NCBI GenBank assembly: GCA_024689505.1
Contig: JAILDJ010000082.1
Coordinates: 7,145-71,144 of the forward strand
DNA from: Clostridiales bacterium
GTDB lineage: Bacteria > Bacillota > Clostridia > Lachnospirales > Bianqueaceae
DNA: 64,000 bases
Direction of reading: 5' to 3'
Shown here in pieces: positions 56,094 to 64,000 of this stretch. The notes below the pieces were generated by a model. The model saw nothing but the letters and a program-made list of their open reading frames with translations, ran no database searches and had not been told where the DNA came from. Position 1 is the first letter of the stretch; each line of letters starts with the position of its first letter. The translations under genes were made by a program, and so were the position numbers.

Positions 56094-56989
56094 AATAACT
56101 CCTTTGGTGTGATGCTGCTTCCATGGGTCTGATACTCGCGCGGAGACAGACCGATGACCTTCTTGAAGATGCGTGAAAAGTAATAAGGATCCTGATAGCC
56201 CAGCGATTCCGCGACTTCATAAACGCGTGCGTTTGATAGGCGCAGCTGTTTGCAGGCTTCCGTCATCCGCAGACGGATATAGAAGTCGATGGGGGAGTGG
56301 GACGTATATTTCTGGAAGATCTGGCTGATGTAGCTTTTGGATAAAGAAAAACGATCAGCCAGGTCATCCAGTGTAAGATTGTCCTTCAAATGGGAGGACA
56401 TGTAGCGGACGATCTGTGTGACCTGACGATTGGGCTCCGCAGTGGAGGAGTGTTTTTCCCGGAAATAGACCTCTCCCAGGATCAACGCCAGGACTTGAGA
56501 AATGTAGATGAAGTTCCCCAGCGTATAGTTGGAATCCAGAACGCGGAACAACAGCTCGAAGAGGAACATCAGCCGTTCGGTGGCCAAAGTGGAATTGAGT
56601 CGGACCACCCGGGGAGGCTCCAGCGGGAACATGCCTGTATCGGTACCTTTGAAATGGACCCAGAGGATGCTCCAGGGATCAGCGGGATCCGCGAAGTAGC
56701 GGTGCCCGGTCGCCGATGGGATGCAGAATGCATCACCTTCCTTCAGCACTGCGTCCGGCATGCCGGGGATCTGGATCGTGCCACTCCCTTCCATGCAGTA
56801 TATGAAGATATATTCTTCGATACCCTCACGGCGTTCCCGATAATGATGCAGTGCCTTTGGAAAGGATCCGACGTCGGTCAGATAGAGCCTGGCTACCTGC
56901 GGATGCTCTACAAAAGGCTGAAAGGCTTCGGTCGGCAGGACGATCATGCGCTCGCCCTTGAAGCCATCCGGTTTCTGTATGGTATTCAT
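56090..56989 (-). CDS. AraC-family regulator (cupin sensor + HTH)
   Basis: A cupin-like N-terminus (IFIYCMEGSGTIQI) and a C-terminal double HTH (LDDLADRFSLSKSYISQIFQKY...VAESLGYQDPYYFSRIFKK). It overlaps the GH32 start by 4 nt. The start is uncertain: the ORF is open to 57085, but ATG 56989 gives a typical 300-aa protein and a 113-bp divergent intergenic region. Confidence 0.75.
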   Translation of the reverse strand: MNTIQKPDGFKGERMIVLPTEAFQPFVEHPQVARLYLTDVGSFPKALHHYRERREGIEEYIFIYCMEGSGTIQIPGMPDAVLKEGDAFCIPSATGHRYFADPADPWSILWVHFKGTDTGMFPLEPPRVVRLNSTLATERLMFLFELLFRVLDSNYTLGNFIYISQVLALILGEVYFREKHSSTAEPNRQVTQIVRYMSSHLKDNLTLDDLADRFSLSKSYISQIFQKYTSHSPIDFYIRLRMTEACKQLRLSNARVYEVAESLGYQDPYYFSRIFKKVIGLSPREYQTHGSSITPKELL

Positions 56990-57102
56990 GGCTGCAGTAT
57001 AGCACATGGGTGTAAGATTGTCCATCATATTATGGTTTAGGGTATTCTTTTTTCTTTCAGGAATGTTAAAATGGAACAAGATCAATCAAGGAGGACGTAA
57101 AA

Positions 57103-60100
57103 ATGTCAAATGCCAGGATCTGGGAAGAAATGATCACCATTCCGACGTATAAAGTCGCAGAGCCGGAGAAAAATCCATTATTCATAGAAAAGCGTGCCTA
57201 TCAGGGGAGTACGGGAAAAGTATATCCTCTGCCTGTGACCGAGCGGATCTCCAACGAGAAGGAAGACGTGGAGTATAGAGCGGTCTTTCTGGAAAACGAG
57301 TATCTGCTCGTCATGGTCCTGCCGGAACTGGGCGGCCGCATCCAGCGGGCCTATGACAAGACCAATGGATACGATTTTGTCTATTATAATCATGTGATCA
57401 AACCCGCGCTGGTGGGCCTGGTCGGCCCTTGGATCAGCGGCGGTATCGAGTTCAACTGGCCGCAGCACCATCGTCCGTCGACCTTCCAGCCTGTGGATCA
57501 TACGATCGTCAACAATCCGGATGGATCCGTTACCGTGCATTTGAGCGAGATCGATAAGATGTATGGGACCAAGGGCATGGCGTCCATTTCCTTGTACCCG
57601 GGCAAGGCCTACATCGAGATCAAGGGCCAGGTCTACAATCCGACCGATCTGCCTCAGACCTTCCTGTGGTGGTCCAACCCTGCTGTACCGGTGAATGACT
57701 ATACCTACAGTGTTTTCCCGCCGGATGTCAACGCGGTGTATGACCACGGCAAGCGCGCCGTATCCACCTTCCCCATTGCGACCGGTGAGTACTACAAATA
57801 CGATTATTCTGCGGGGATCGACATTTCCCGGTATAAGAACATCAAGGTGCCGACCTCTTATATGGCTGCCGGATCCAATTATGATTTCGTTGGCAATTAC
57901 GATGAAGAAAAGCAGGCAGGCCTTCTGCACGTTGCGGATCATCATGTGTCGCCGGGCAAAAAGCAGTGGACCTGGGGCGGCGGTGACTTCGGGATTGCCT
58001 GGGACCGCAACCTGACAGAGACGGATGGCCCTTACATCGAGCTGATGACCGGTCAGTTCGCGGACAATCAGCCGGATTTCACATGGCTCAAGCCGGGAGA
58101 GGAGAAGGTCTTCACCCAGTATTTCATGCCCTACAAGAGTGTAGGCCGTGTAGGCAACGCCACGAAGGATGCCTGTGTCTCTCTGGTGCCGTCAGAAGAT
58201 GGAGCGGTACTGACAGTTTATGCTTCCGGTGTTTATGATGGCGCGTCCATCTATGTACATGAGGGCGATCGGCTGCTGTTCCGGACCATGGCGAACATAA
58301 GTCCCGTGCAGGCATTTCAGACGAAGATCCCGGCGCCTTCCGATTGGGAGAACGTGAAGATCGACGTGTCTTGCGATGGCCGTAATCTGGTCTCCTACAA
58401 ATACTACAAACCGGAACTCAAAGCCATTCCGGAACCGGCTGAGGCCATGAAAAAGCCCGTGGAAATGAAGACCAACGAGGAACTGTATCTGGCCGGGCAG
58501 CATCTGGAACAGTACCGACACGCGACGTACGAGCCGGCCGATTATTACCTGGAAGGACTGCGTCGGGATCCTGAGGACCTGCGCATCAACAATGCTTACG
58601 GTTTGCTTTTGTTCCGCCGCGGTCATGTGGAAGAAAGCATCGCTTATTTCAAACGTGCCATCGATAAGCAGACCTGGAAGAACCCGAATCCTTATCACGG
58701 GGAATGCTATTTCAATTATGGTCTCGCCCTGGCTTACTGCGGCCGCACGGAAGAGGCTTATGATGCGTTCTTTAAGGCGACCTGGTCCGCAGAGACGCAG
58801 AATGCGGCTTTCTATTGGCTGGCCAATCTGGCAGCCCGCAAGGGAGAATTCGAAACAGCCTTGGAGATGGCGGATCGTTCTCTGATCCGCAATTGGCATG
58901 ATATGAGAACGCGTACTTTGAAGGCGGCGCTGCTGCGCAAGATCGGCCGTGACAGTGCAGCTTTTATCGAAGAAAGCCTGAAGATCGACCCCATGTATAT
59001 GGGACTTCTGTACGAAAAAGGTTTCCTGGAGGATGATCTGGACGCGTGGGTCCATAAGATGCGTGCTGATGCGCACAATTATCTGGAACTGACGATCGAT
59101 TACGTACAGGCAGGCTTGTATGAAGATGCGTTGACGATCCTGGCCTTGTGTCCTTCGGCCAGTCCGATGCCGGATTATTATCAGGGATGGATCCTGTCTC
59201 TGGTGGGTCTGGAAGAGGATGCCAAAGAGTCCTTTGCTTACGCGGAGTCGGCGAACAGCGACTACGTCTTCCCGAACCGCGTGGAAGAGATCGCGATCCT
59301 GGAATGCGCCATCCAGACATTAGGCAGAGCCCCGAAAGCACATTATTATCTGGGCAACCTCCTGTACGATAAGAAACAGTATGAAGCCGCGATCCTCCAT
59401 TGGGAGAAGGCGGTCGAGGAGGATGATACTTTGTCCGCCGCTTTCCGCAACCTTTCGATCGCGTATTATAACAAGCAGAATGATGCGGAGAAGGCCATGA
59501 CGGTCATGGAAAAAGCCTGTGCTTTGGATCCTGAGTACCCGCGTCTGTGGCTGGAGTATGATCAGCTTGCTGCGAAACTGAACCGCCCGGTGACAGAACG
59601 TCTTGCAGTCATGGAATCTCATCCGGAGATCACGGCGGCGCGGGATGACCTGTATCTGCGCTATATCAGCCTGTTGAACTGCGTTGGAAAGTATGACGAA
59701 GCCTATACGCGGATCATGGAGCGGACCTTCCACCCGTGGGAGGGCGGCGAAGGTAAAGTTAGTTCTCAGTATAAGTTCGCGTTGATCCATATGGCGAAAG
59801 CCAAAATGGAGCAGGCAGCCTATGTGGAGGAAGAACTGGCGGATGCGCTTCTGGAGGAAGCGGTCGATCTGCTGACTCGGACACTGACGTATCCGGAGAA
59901 CCTGGGTGAGGGCAAGCTTTTCAACGTGCCAGACAATGAGGCATATTATTACATAGGGCTGGCCAAGCGGCAGATGGGGCAGGAGGAAGAAGCCATCAAG
60001 GCATTCCGTCTTGCGTCCACGGGTTCTCAGGTACCGGAACGGGTCTTGTATTACAACGATCAACCGTCTGATTATATCTATTATCAAGGCCTGGCCCTGC

Positions 60101-60381
60101 GTGAACTGGGAGAAGAAGTAAAAGCCCTGCGCTCCTTCCATCAGTTGGTCATCTACGGTGAGCAGCACTTGTTTGACAAGATGGAGTATGATTTCTTCGC
60201 CGTCTCCTTGCCGGAGATCGAGGTCTACCAGGATGATATCGTGCTGCGCAATACACAGTACTGTAACTATCTCCGTGCTTTAGGCGCGCTCGGCCTGGGC
60301 GAAGAGGAGAAGGCAAAGGGACTGCTGACCGGCATCCTGGAGAAACAGTGTGATGACGCGGCGGCGCTCAGTCTGCTTTGA
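57103..60381 (+). CDS. DUF5107-like N-terminal domain fused to a long TPR array (function unknown)
   Basis: 1092 aa with RBS AAGGAGGA and no signal peptide. The N-terminal ~400 aa (GGRIQRAYDKTNGYDFVYYNHVIKPALVG...GGIEFNWPQHH) matches what I remember of DUF5107. The rest is TPR-like helical repeats. Confidence 0.6.
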   Translation: MSNARIWEEMITIPTYKVAEPEKNPLFIEKRAYQGSTGKVYPLPVTERISNEKEDVEYRAVFLENEYLLVMVLPELGGRIQRAYDKTNGYDFVYYNHVIKPALVGLVGPWISGGIEFNWPQHHRPSTFQPVDHTIVNNPDGSVTVHLSEIDKMYGTKGMASISLYPGKAYIEIKGQVYNPTDLPQTFLWWSNPAVPVNDYTYSVFPPDVNAVYDHGKRAVSTFPIATGEYYKYDYSAGIDISRYKNIKVPTSYMAAGSNYDFVGNYDEEKQAGLLHVADHHVSPGKKQWTWGGGDFGIAWDRNLTETDGPYIELMTGQFADNQPDFTWLKPGEEKVFTQYFMPYKSVGRVGNATKDACVSLVPSEDGAVLTVYASGVYDGASIYVHEGDRLLFRTMANISPVQAFQTKIPAPSDWENVKIDVSCDGRNLVSYKYYKPELKAIPEPAEAMKKPVEMKTNEELYLAGQHLEQYRHATYEPADYYLEGLRRDPEDLRINNAYGLLLFRRGHVEESIAYFKRAIDKQTWKNPNPYHGECYFNYGLALAYCGRTEEAYDAFFKATWSAETQNAAFYWLANLAARKGEFETALEMADRSLIRNWHDMRTRTLKAALLRKIGRDSAAFIEESLKIDPMYMGLLYEKGFLEDDLDAWVHKMRADAHNYLELTIDYVQAGLYEDALTILALCPSASPMPDYYQGWILSLVGLEEDAKESFAYAESANSDYVFPNRVEEIAILECAIQTLGRAPKAHYYLGNLLYDKKQYEAAILHWEKAVEEDDTLSAAFRNLSIAYYNKQNDAEKAMTVMEKACALDPEYPRLWLEYDQLAAKLNRPVTERLAVMESHPEITAARDDLYLRYISLLNCVGKYDEAYTRIMERTFHPWEGGEGKVSSQYKFALIHMAKAKMEQAAYVEEELADALLEEAVDLLTRTLTYPENLGEGKLFNVPDNEAYYYIGLAKRQMGQEEEAIKAFRLASTGSQVPERVLYYNDQPSDYIYYQGLALRELGEEVKALRSFHQLVIYGEQHLFDKMEYDFFAVSLPEIEVYQDDIVLRNTQYCNYLRALGALGLGEEEKAKGLLTGILEKQCDDAAALSLL

Positions 60382-60403
60382 AAACGATGGTATCCACATA
60401 TGT

Positions 60404-60436
60404 AAGCTCTCTTTCGAAAAGAGAGCTTCTTTTTTG
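60404..60436 (+). terminator. Rho-independent terminator
   Basis: AAGCTCTCTT pairs with AAGAGAGCTT, followed by CTTTTTTG. Confidence 0.8.
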
Positions 60437-60437
60437 C

Positions 60438-60466
60438 TTGACAAGAGAACGGATGTTCGCTATAAT
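60438..60466 (+). promoter_or_regulatory. dinB promoter (consensus sigma-70 type)
   Basis: TTGACA (60438-60443), 17 nt, then TATAAT (60461-60466). Confidence 0.7.
60446..60459. promoter_or_regulatory. LexA (Cheo) box 1
   Basis: AGAACGGATGTTCG fits the Firmicutes consensus CGAAC-RNRY-GTTYC. It lies in the -35/-10 spacer. Confidence 0.7.
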
Positions 60467-60481
60467 CTAGAAAAAAGGAGG

Positions 60482-60495
60482 CGAACATACGTTTG
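60482..60495. promoter_or_regulatory. LexA (Cheo) box 2
   Basis: CGAACATACGTTTG matches at 13 of 14 positions and overlaps the TTG start codon of dinB. Confidence 0.6.
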
Positions 60496-61689
60496 AACAA
60501 TAGGATCATCTTTCATATCGACGTCAATTCGGCCTTCCTTTCATGGGAGGCTGTCTACCGGCTCCATCACCTCGGCGCGCAGGAGGATCTGCGCCAGCAG
60601 GTCAGCGCCGTCGGTGGAGATCAGTCCAAACGTCACGGCATCATTCTGGCCAAATCCATCCCTGCCAAACAATATCACATCCAAACCGGGGAATCTATCA
60701 AAGCCGCGTTGGAAAAGTGTCCGGAGCTGATCCTGGTCCGTCCCAATTATGAGCTGTACAAGCGCTGTTCCAGGGCTTTCATGGACATTCTGCGGGAATA
60801 CAGTCCGGTCGTCGAACCCTATAGTATCGATGAGGCATTTGTGGATATGACAGGCACCCGTTTCTTGTGGGGGGATCCCGTCACGGCGGCGCACACCATC
60901 CGCAAACGCATCTCCGGTGAACTGGGCTTTACGGTCAACATAGGTATTTCCTCCAACAAGCTGCTGGCCAAGATCGCTTCAGATTTTACCAAGCCGGATC
61001 GGGTGCATACGCTGTTCCCTGAGGAGATCCCCGATAAACTGTGGCCGCTGCCGGTGGGGGACATGCTGTTCTGCGGTCAGTCTACGGTCAAACGCCTGCA
61101 TAGGATCGGTATTTATACTATCGGGGAGCTGGCGGCGGCGGATCCGCACATGCTCCAGGTGCATCTCGGCAAACAGGGTTTTTACCTTTGGGGTTCGGCG
61201 CATGGGACGGATCTTTCACAGGTCACTGTGGAGGCGGCACCCAATAAAGGGTATGGCAACAGTACCACCATGTCCATGGATATCACGGACGCGGGCGAGG
61301 CCCGTCTGGTACTGCTGACGCTGGCGGAAAAAGTGGGGCAGCGTCTGCGGGCGGATGAGGCGAAGGCACAGGTCGTGGACGTCACCATCCGGGATACGGA
61401 TCTGGTCTTCACCAACCATCAGATGCGGCTTCCGCATCCAACCAATATCACACAGGAACTGTATACGAGCGCCTGCACTTTGTTCGAGGAGCTTTGGGAT
61501 GGGCGTCCCATCCGGCATCTGGGCATCCATACAAGTCAGGTCATCTATGGGGACGCGGACCGGCAGATCGGTCTGGAGGATGATCTGTTCCATGAAGAAC
61601 GGCAGGAGCAGATGGACCGGACGGTGGACAGGATCCGGCATAAATACGGGCAGAACGCGGTCCAACGGGCTGCTGTCACGGAGGGCTAA
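60493..61689 (+). CDS. dinB: Y-family DNA polymerase IV
   Basis: TTG start after AAAGGAGG. Contains IFHIDVNSAFLSWE, YSIDEAFVDMTG and GISSNKLLAKIASD. 398 aa. Confidence 0.9.
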   Translation: MNNRIIFHIDVNSAFLSWEAVYRLHHLGAQEDLRQQVSAVGGDQSKRHGIILAKSIPAKQYHIQTGESIKAALEKCPELILVRPNYELYKRCSRAFMDILREYSPVVEPYSIDEAFVDMTGTRFLWGDPVTAAHTIRKRISGELGFTVNIGISSNKLLAKIASDFTKPDRVHTLFPEEIPDKLWPLPVGDMLFCGQSTVKRLHRIGIYTIGELAAADPHMLQVHLGKQGFYLWGSAHGTDLSQVTVEAAPNKGYGNSTTMSMDITDAGEARLVLLTLAEKVGQRLRADEAKAQVVDVTIRDTDLVFTNHQMRLPHPTNITQELYTSACTLFEELWDGRPIRHLGIHTSQVIYGDADRQIGLEDDLFHEERQEQMDRTVDRIRHKYGQNAVQRAAVTEG

Positions 61690-61695
61690 AGCACG

Positions 61696-62010
61696 ATGTT
61701 TGGAATGGATCTTTACGAACTCGGTCCGGATCATGGGGAGCTGCACAGCTGGAATCAGATCGAAGTGGCGGTGGACTGCTGGTTCACTTCTGCCGGCCGG
61801 ATGATGCCTTTGCGCATGAAGTGCAAGGAGGGGGATACGATCCTTACGATCGAACCTATCGCTGTCCTCAAGGAGGAGGAAAACCGGTACGCGGGCGTAT
61901 TGGTGCATATGTTTCATTGCAGGGCCAGGCTGGGCTCAGGGGTCGATCAAGAATTTTCTCTCTTATTTTACGTGGAGCAATGCCGTTGGAAAGCCTATCT
62001 CGCGGGATGA
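61696..62010 (+). CDS. Hypothetical 104-aa protein coupled to dinB
   Basis: GGAGGG lies 10 nt upstream, inside the dinB 3' end, and the gap to dinB is 6 nt. I recognise no motif. Confidence 0.5.
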   Translation: MFGMDLYELGPDHGELHSWNQIEVAVDCWFTSAGRMMPLRMKCKEGDTILTIEPIAVLKEEENRYAGVLVHMFHCRARLGSGVDQEFSLLFYVEQCRWKAYLAG

Positions 62011-62017
62011 TTCCTTG

Positions 62018-62046
62018 TTGAATTCTGCCAGGGCATTTGATACAAT
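62018..62046 (+). promoter_or_regulatory. Candidate extended -10 promoter of the SDR/GH43 genes
   Basis: TTGAAT (62018-62023), 17 nt, then TGaTACAAT (62038-62046). Confidence 0.4.
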
Positions 62047-62096
62047 AAAACGCGTAGATCTTTATAGGATCCGTTAAAAGAAAGGATAAGAGTATC

Positions 62097-62855
62097 ATGA
62101 TCCGGGAAGCAGATCTTACAGGGAAAAACGCGGTCGTGACCGGTGGCGGCACCGGTTTAGGGTTAGGCATTGCAGGAGCATTGATCGATGCAGGTGCCCG
62201 TGTCCTGATCGCCGGCCGACGGGAGGAAGTATTACGTAAGGCATGTCAGGAATTGGGGGATCAAGCGTGTTATCAGGTGCTGGATCTGCGAGACGCGGAG
62301 GCATTGGAGGACTTTGTCGAAGCCTGCCACATGCAGCTGGGGCAGGTCGATATCCTGGTCAATAATGCAGGCATGCAGAACAACCGCCGTGCGATGGATT
62401 TCACATATCAGGATTTTACAAGTATGTTCGATACGAACCTCATCGGTCCGTTTCTGTTGACGCAGCTTTTCGCTGAAGAAATGTTGGTACGGGGCAAGGG
62501 TTCCATTATTTTCATTTCATCAGCGGCCAGTCATATCGGGATCACGAACACGGCGGCTTATGCGGCGTCCAAAGGCGGGATCAGCGCCATGGTACGTACG
62601 CTGGCCAGTGAATGGTCTCCCAAAGGGGTCCGGGTCAACGCGATCGCACCTGGCTGGATCGAAACGGATCTGGTAAAGGAATCGCTGCGCCGTGTGCCCG
62701 AGCGAAGGGCCATGGTGGAGCATCGTTGTATGATCCCCAGACTCGGAACGCCGCGGGATATCGGACTGGCAGCTGCCTTTCTGGCATCTGATGCAGCGGC
62801 ATACATCACAGCGGCAGAGATCAAGGTCGACGGCGGTATTGGAGCATCGCTGTAG
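62097..62855 (+). CDS. Short-chain dehydrogenase/reductase (gluconate-5-dehydrogenase / KduD-like)
   Basis: VTGGGTGLGLGIA (TGxxxGxG), NNAG and YAASKGG (YxxxK). 252 aa. Confidence 0.85.
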   Translation: MIREADLTGKNAVVTGGGTGLGLGIAGALIDAGARVLIAGRREEVLRKACQELGDQACYQVLDLRDAEALEDFVEACHMQLGQVDILVNNAGMQNNRRAMDFTYQDFTSMFDTNLIGPFLLTQLFAEEMLVRGKGSIIFISSAASHIGITNTAAYAASKGGISAMVRTLASEWSPKGVRVNAIAPGWIETDLVKESLRRVPERRAMVEHRCMIPRLGTPRDIGLAAAFLASDAAAYITAAEIKVDGGIGASL

Positions 62856-62887
62856 ATCTGCAGTGCAAAAACGCGGGAGGATCCATC

Positions 62888-63853
62888 ATGAGTCAGTGCT
62901 ATTTGTTTGTACATTTTAAAGAACGTTCCACACCCGACGGAGAACAGGTGTATTTCAGTATCAGTAAAGATGGTATGCATTGGGAGCCGGTCAAAGGGGG
63001 AGATCCGGTCCTTTGGACATATTATGGAACACGCGGGGCAAGGGACATGACGATCGTTCGTCATCCGCAGACTGGCCGCGTGTACGTTGTGGCGACCGAC
63101 TTGAGCATTGCCTATGGGGTGCGCAGGCATCGGTCTGACTTCTGGGAGTATGTCGGCACGCATGGCAGTTCATCCTTAAGCGTCTGGGAGTCAGAGGATC
63201 TGGTACACTGGACGGAGCAGCGGCTGGAAGAAATGGCTTTATTCAATGGCGTATTTGGATGTGTCTGGGCACCCGACGCAATCTGGGACCCGGAGAAAGA
63301 ACAGTTCCTGCTGCACTGGTCGTCTTCCGTTTCAGATGATGATTTCAAGCGTAAGCGCATCTTTGCCAGCTATACTGCTGATTTTCATTCTTTCTCTGAA
63401 CCTTTTGTATTGTACGAGGAGGATCAGGACGTCATCGACTCCGCTATGTATCGTTTTGAGGACAAGTATTATTTGTTCTATAAAGGCGGTGTGCCGACGC
63501 GGGTACGACTTGCTGTCAGTGATCATATCACAGGTCCATTTGAGCCTATGGAAGCTTTCGATCAGTCTATGGAGGCTGTAGAACTTGGCAAATATGAAGC
63601 GCCTACGGCTATCCAGCTGGAAGATGGTCGCTGGGCTTTGTTTATCGATTATTACGGGGCGTACGGGGCTGACCAGGGTTATGTTCCTTTCTTGAGCGAT
63701 GATCTTTCCAGCGGAGTATTTACCCAGGCTTCCGACGACTTCTCATTCCCGTATCATTTCAAGCACGGTACCATCCTGAAGATCACGGAAGAAGAGTTTG
63801 AGAGACTTCAGTCGTTTGATTGGACGGATCCTGGCTTTGTGGAGTTCTTCTGA
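62888..63853 (+). CDS. GH43-family glycoside hydrolase (intracellular)
   Basis: YLFVHFKE...EQVYFSISKDGMHWEPV, VWAPDAIWD and YLFYKG, which are five-bladed propeller motifs. There is no signal peptide. Confidence 0.7.
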   Translation: MSQCYLFVHFKERSTPDGEQVYFSISKDGMHWEPVKGGDPVLWTYYGTRGARDMTIVRHPQTGRVYVVATDLSIAYGVRRHRSDFWEYVGTHGSSSLSVWESEDLVHWTEQRLEEMALFNGVFGCVWAPDAIWDPEKEQFLLHWSSSVSDDDFKRKRIFASYTADFHSFSEPFVLYEEDQDVIDSAMYRFEDKYYLFYKGGVPTRVRLAVSDHITGPFEPMEAFDQSMEAVELGKYEAPTAIQLEDGRWALFIDYYGAYGADQGYVPFLSDDLSSGVFTQASDDFSFPYHFKHGTILKITEEEFERLQSFDWTDPGFVEFF

Positions 63854-64000
63854 TGAAGATCTGTCCTTATGCGAAAAAATGCGGAGGATGCACATATCAA
63901 GGCGTTCCTTACGAAGAGCAGTTGATCCGTAAACAAGCTTATACGGAAAAACTGTTAGGGGAATTCTGTCAGGTACATCCGATCATCGGCATGGAACAGC
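63853..64000 (+). CDS. RumA/TrmA-family RNA methyltransferase, 5' part (runs off the window)
   Basis: MKICPYAKKCGGCTYQG carries the Fe-S cluster cysteines typical of RumA-type enzymes. The ATG overlaps the GH43 stop (TGATG). Confidence 0.6.
   Translation, partial: MKICPYAKKCGGCTYQGVPYEEQLIRKQAYTEKLLGEFCQVHPIIGMEQ

Overview
This is a dense chromosomal segment that looks like a Firmicutes or Clostridia-type anaerobe. GC is about 55% by eye, not computed. I call about 57 protein genes, 54 of them on the + strand. I recognised no rRNA, tRNA, CRISPR array, transposase, integrase or phage gene. Contents in order: (1) 203-15686 is a tightly packed string of hisZGDCBAHFI, aroA, aroC, chorismate mutase, rnhA, nrdR, an addA with no addB beside it, and an AraC-type regulator. 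(2) An LplABC-type sugar ABC uptake operon follows an AT-rich control region. (3) Next are a stand-alone UvrD-like helicase, a VanW/G5 protein, an Lrp regulator plus aminotransferase, trmL and mutS2. (4) Then an OmpR/HK two-component pair, a lipid kinase, HtrA, yhaM and rlmD. (5) A small accessory patch holds a metallophosphoesterase, a decayed lipoprotein gene, queT, a lipoprotein, and a membrane HExxH module fused to an alpha/beta-hydrolase. (6) uxuA, an M28 peptidase, a UDG-family glycosylase, a threonine-aldolase-like enzyme and a GH38 alpha-mannosidase (- strand). (7) An anaerobic ribonucleotide reductase neighbourhood: an NrdR-box-like palindrome, a TPR protein, a DUF4037 nucleotidyltransferase and nrdG; then NrdR-box-like repeats and nrdD carrying a C-terminal thioredoxin-fold domain; then an aldo/keto reductase, an atypical TrxB-like reductase and ttcA. 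(8) An AraC + GH32 pair lies divergent from a 1092-aa DUF5107-TPR protein. (9) dinB has two LexA (Cheo) boxes and a coupled small unknown ORF. (10) An SDR, a GH43 enzyme and the start of an RNA methyltransferase. The most interesting material is the RNR neighbourhood (the redoxin fusion, the NrdR-like sites in front of genes of unknown function, and the non-canonical TrxB), the SOS-controlled dinB plus small ORF, and the membrane-zincin/hydrolase fusion. I see no clear defence island or mobile element, and nothing here amounts to a demonstrably new multi-gene system from sequence alone. All family calls come from motifs read in the translations. No database search was run.
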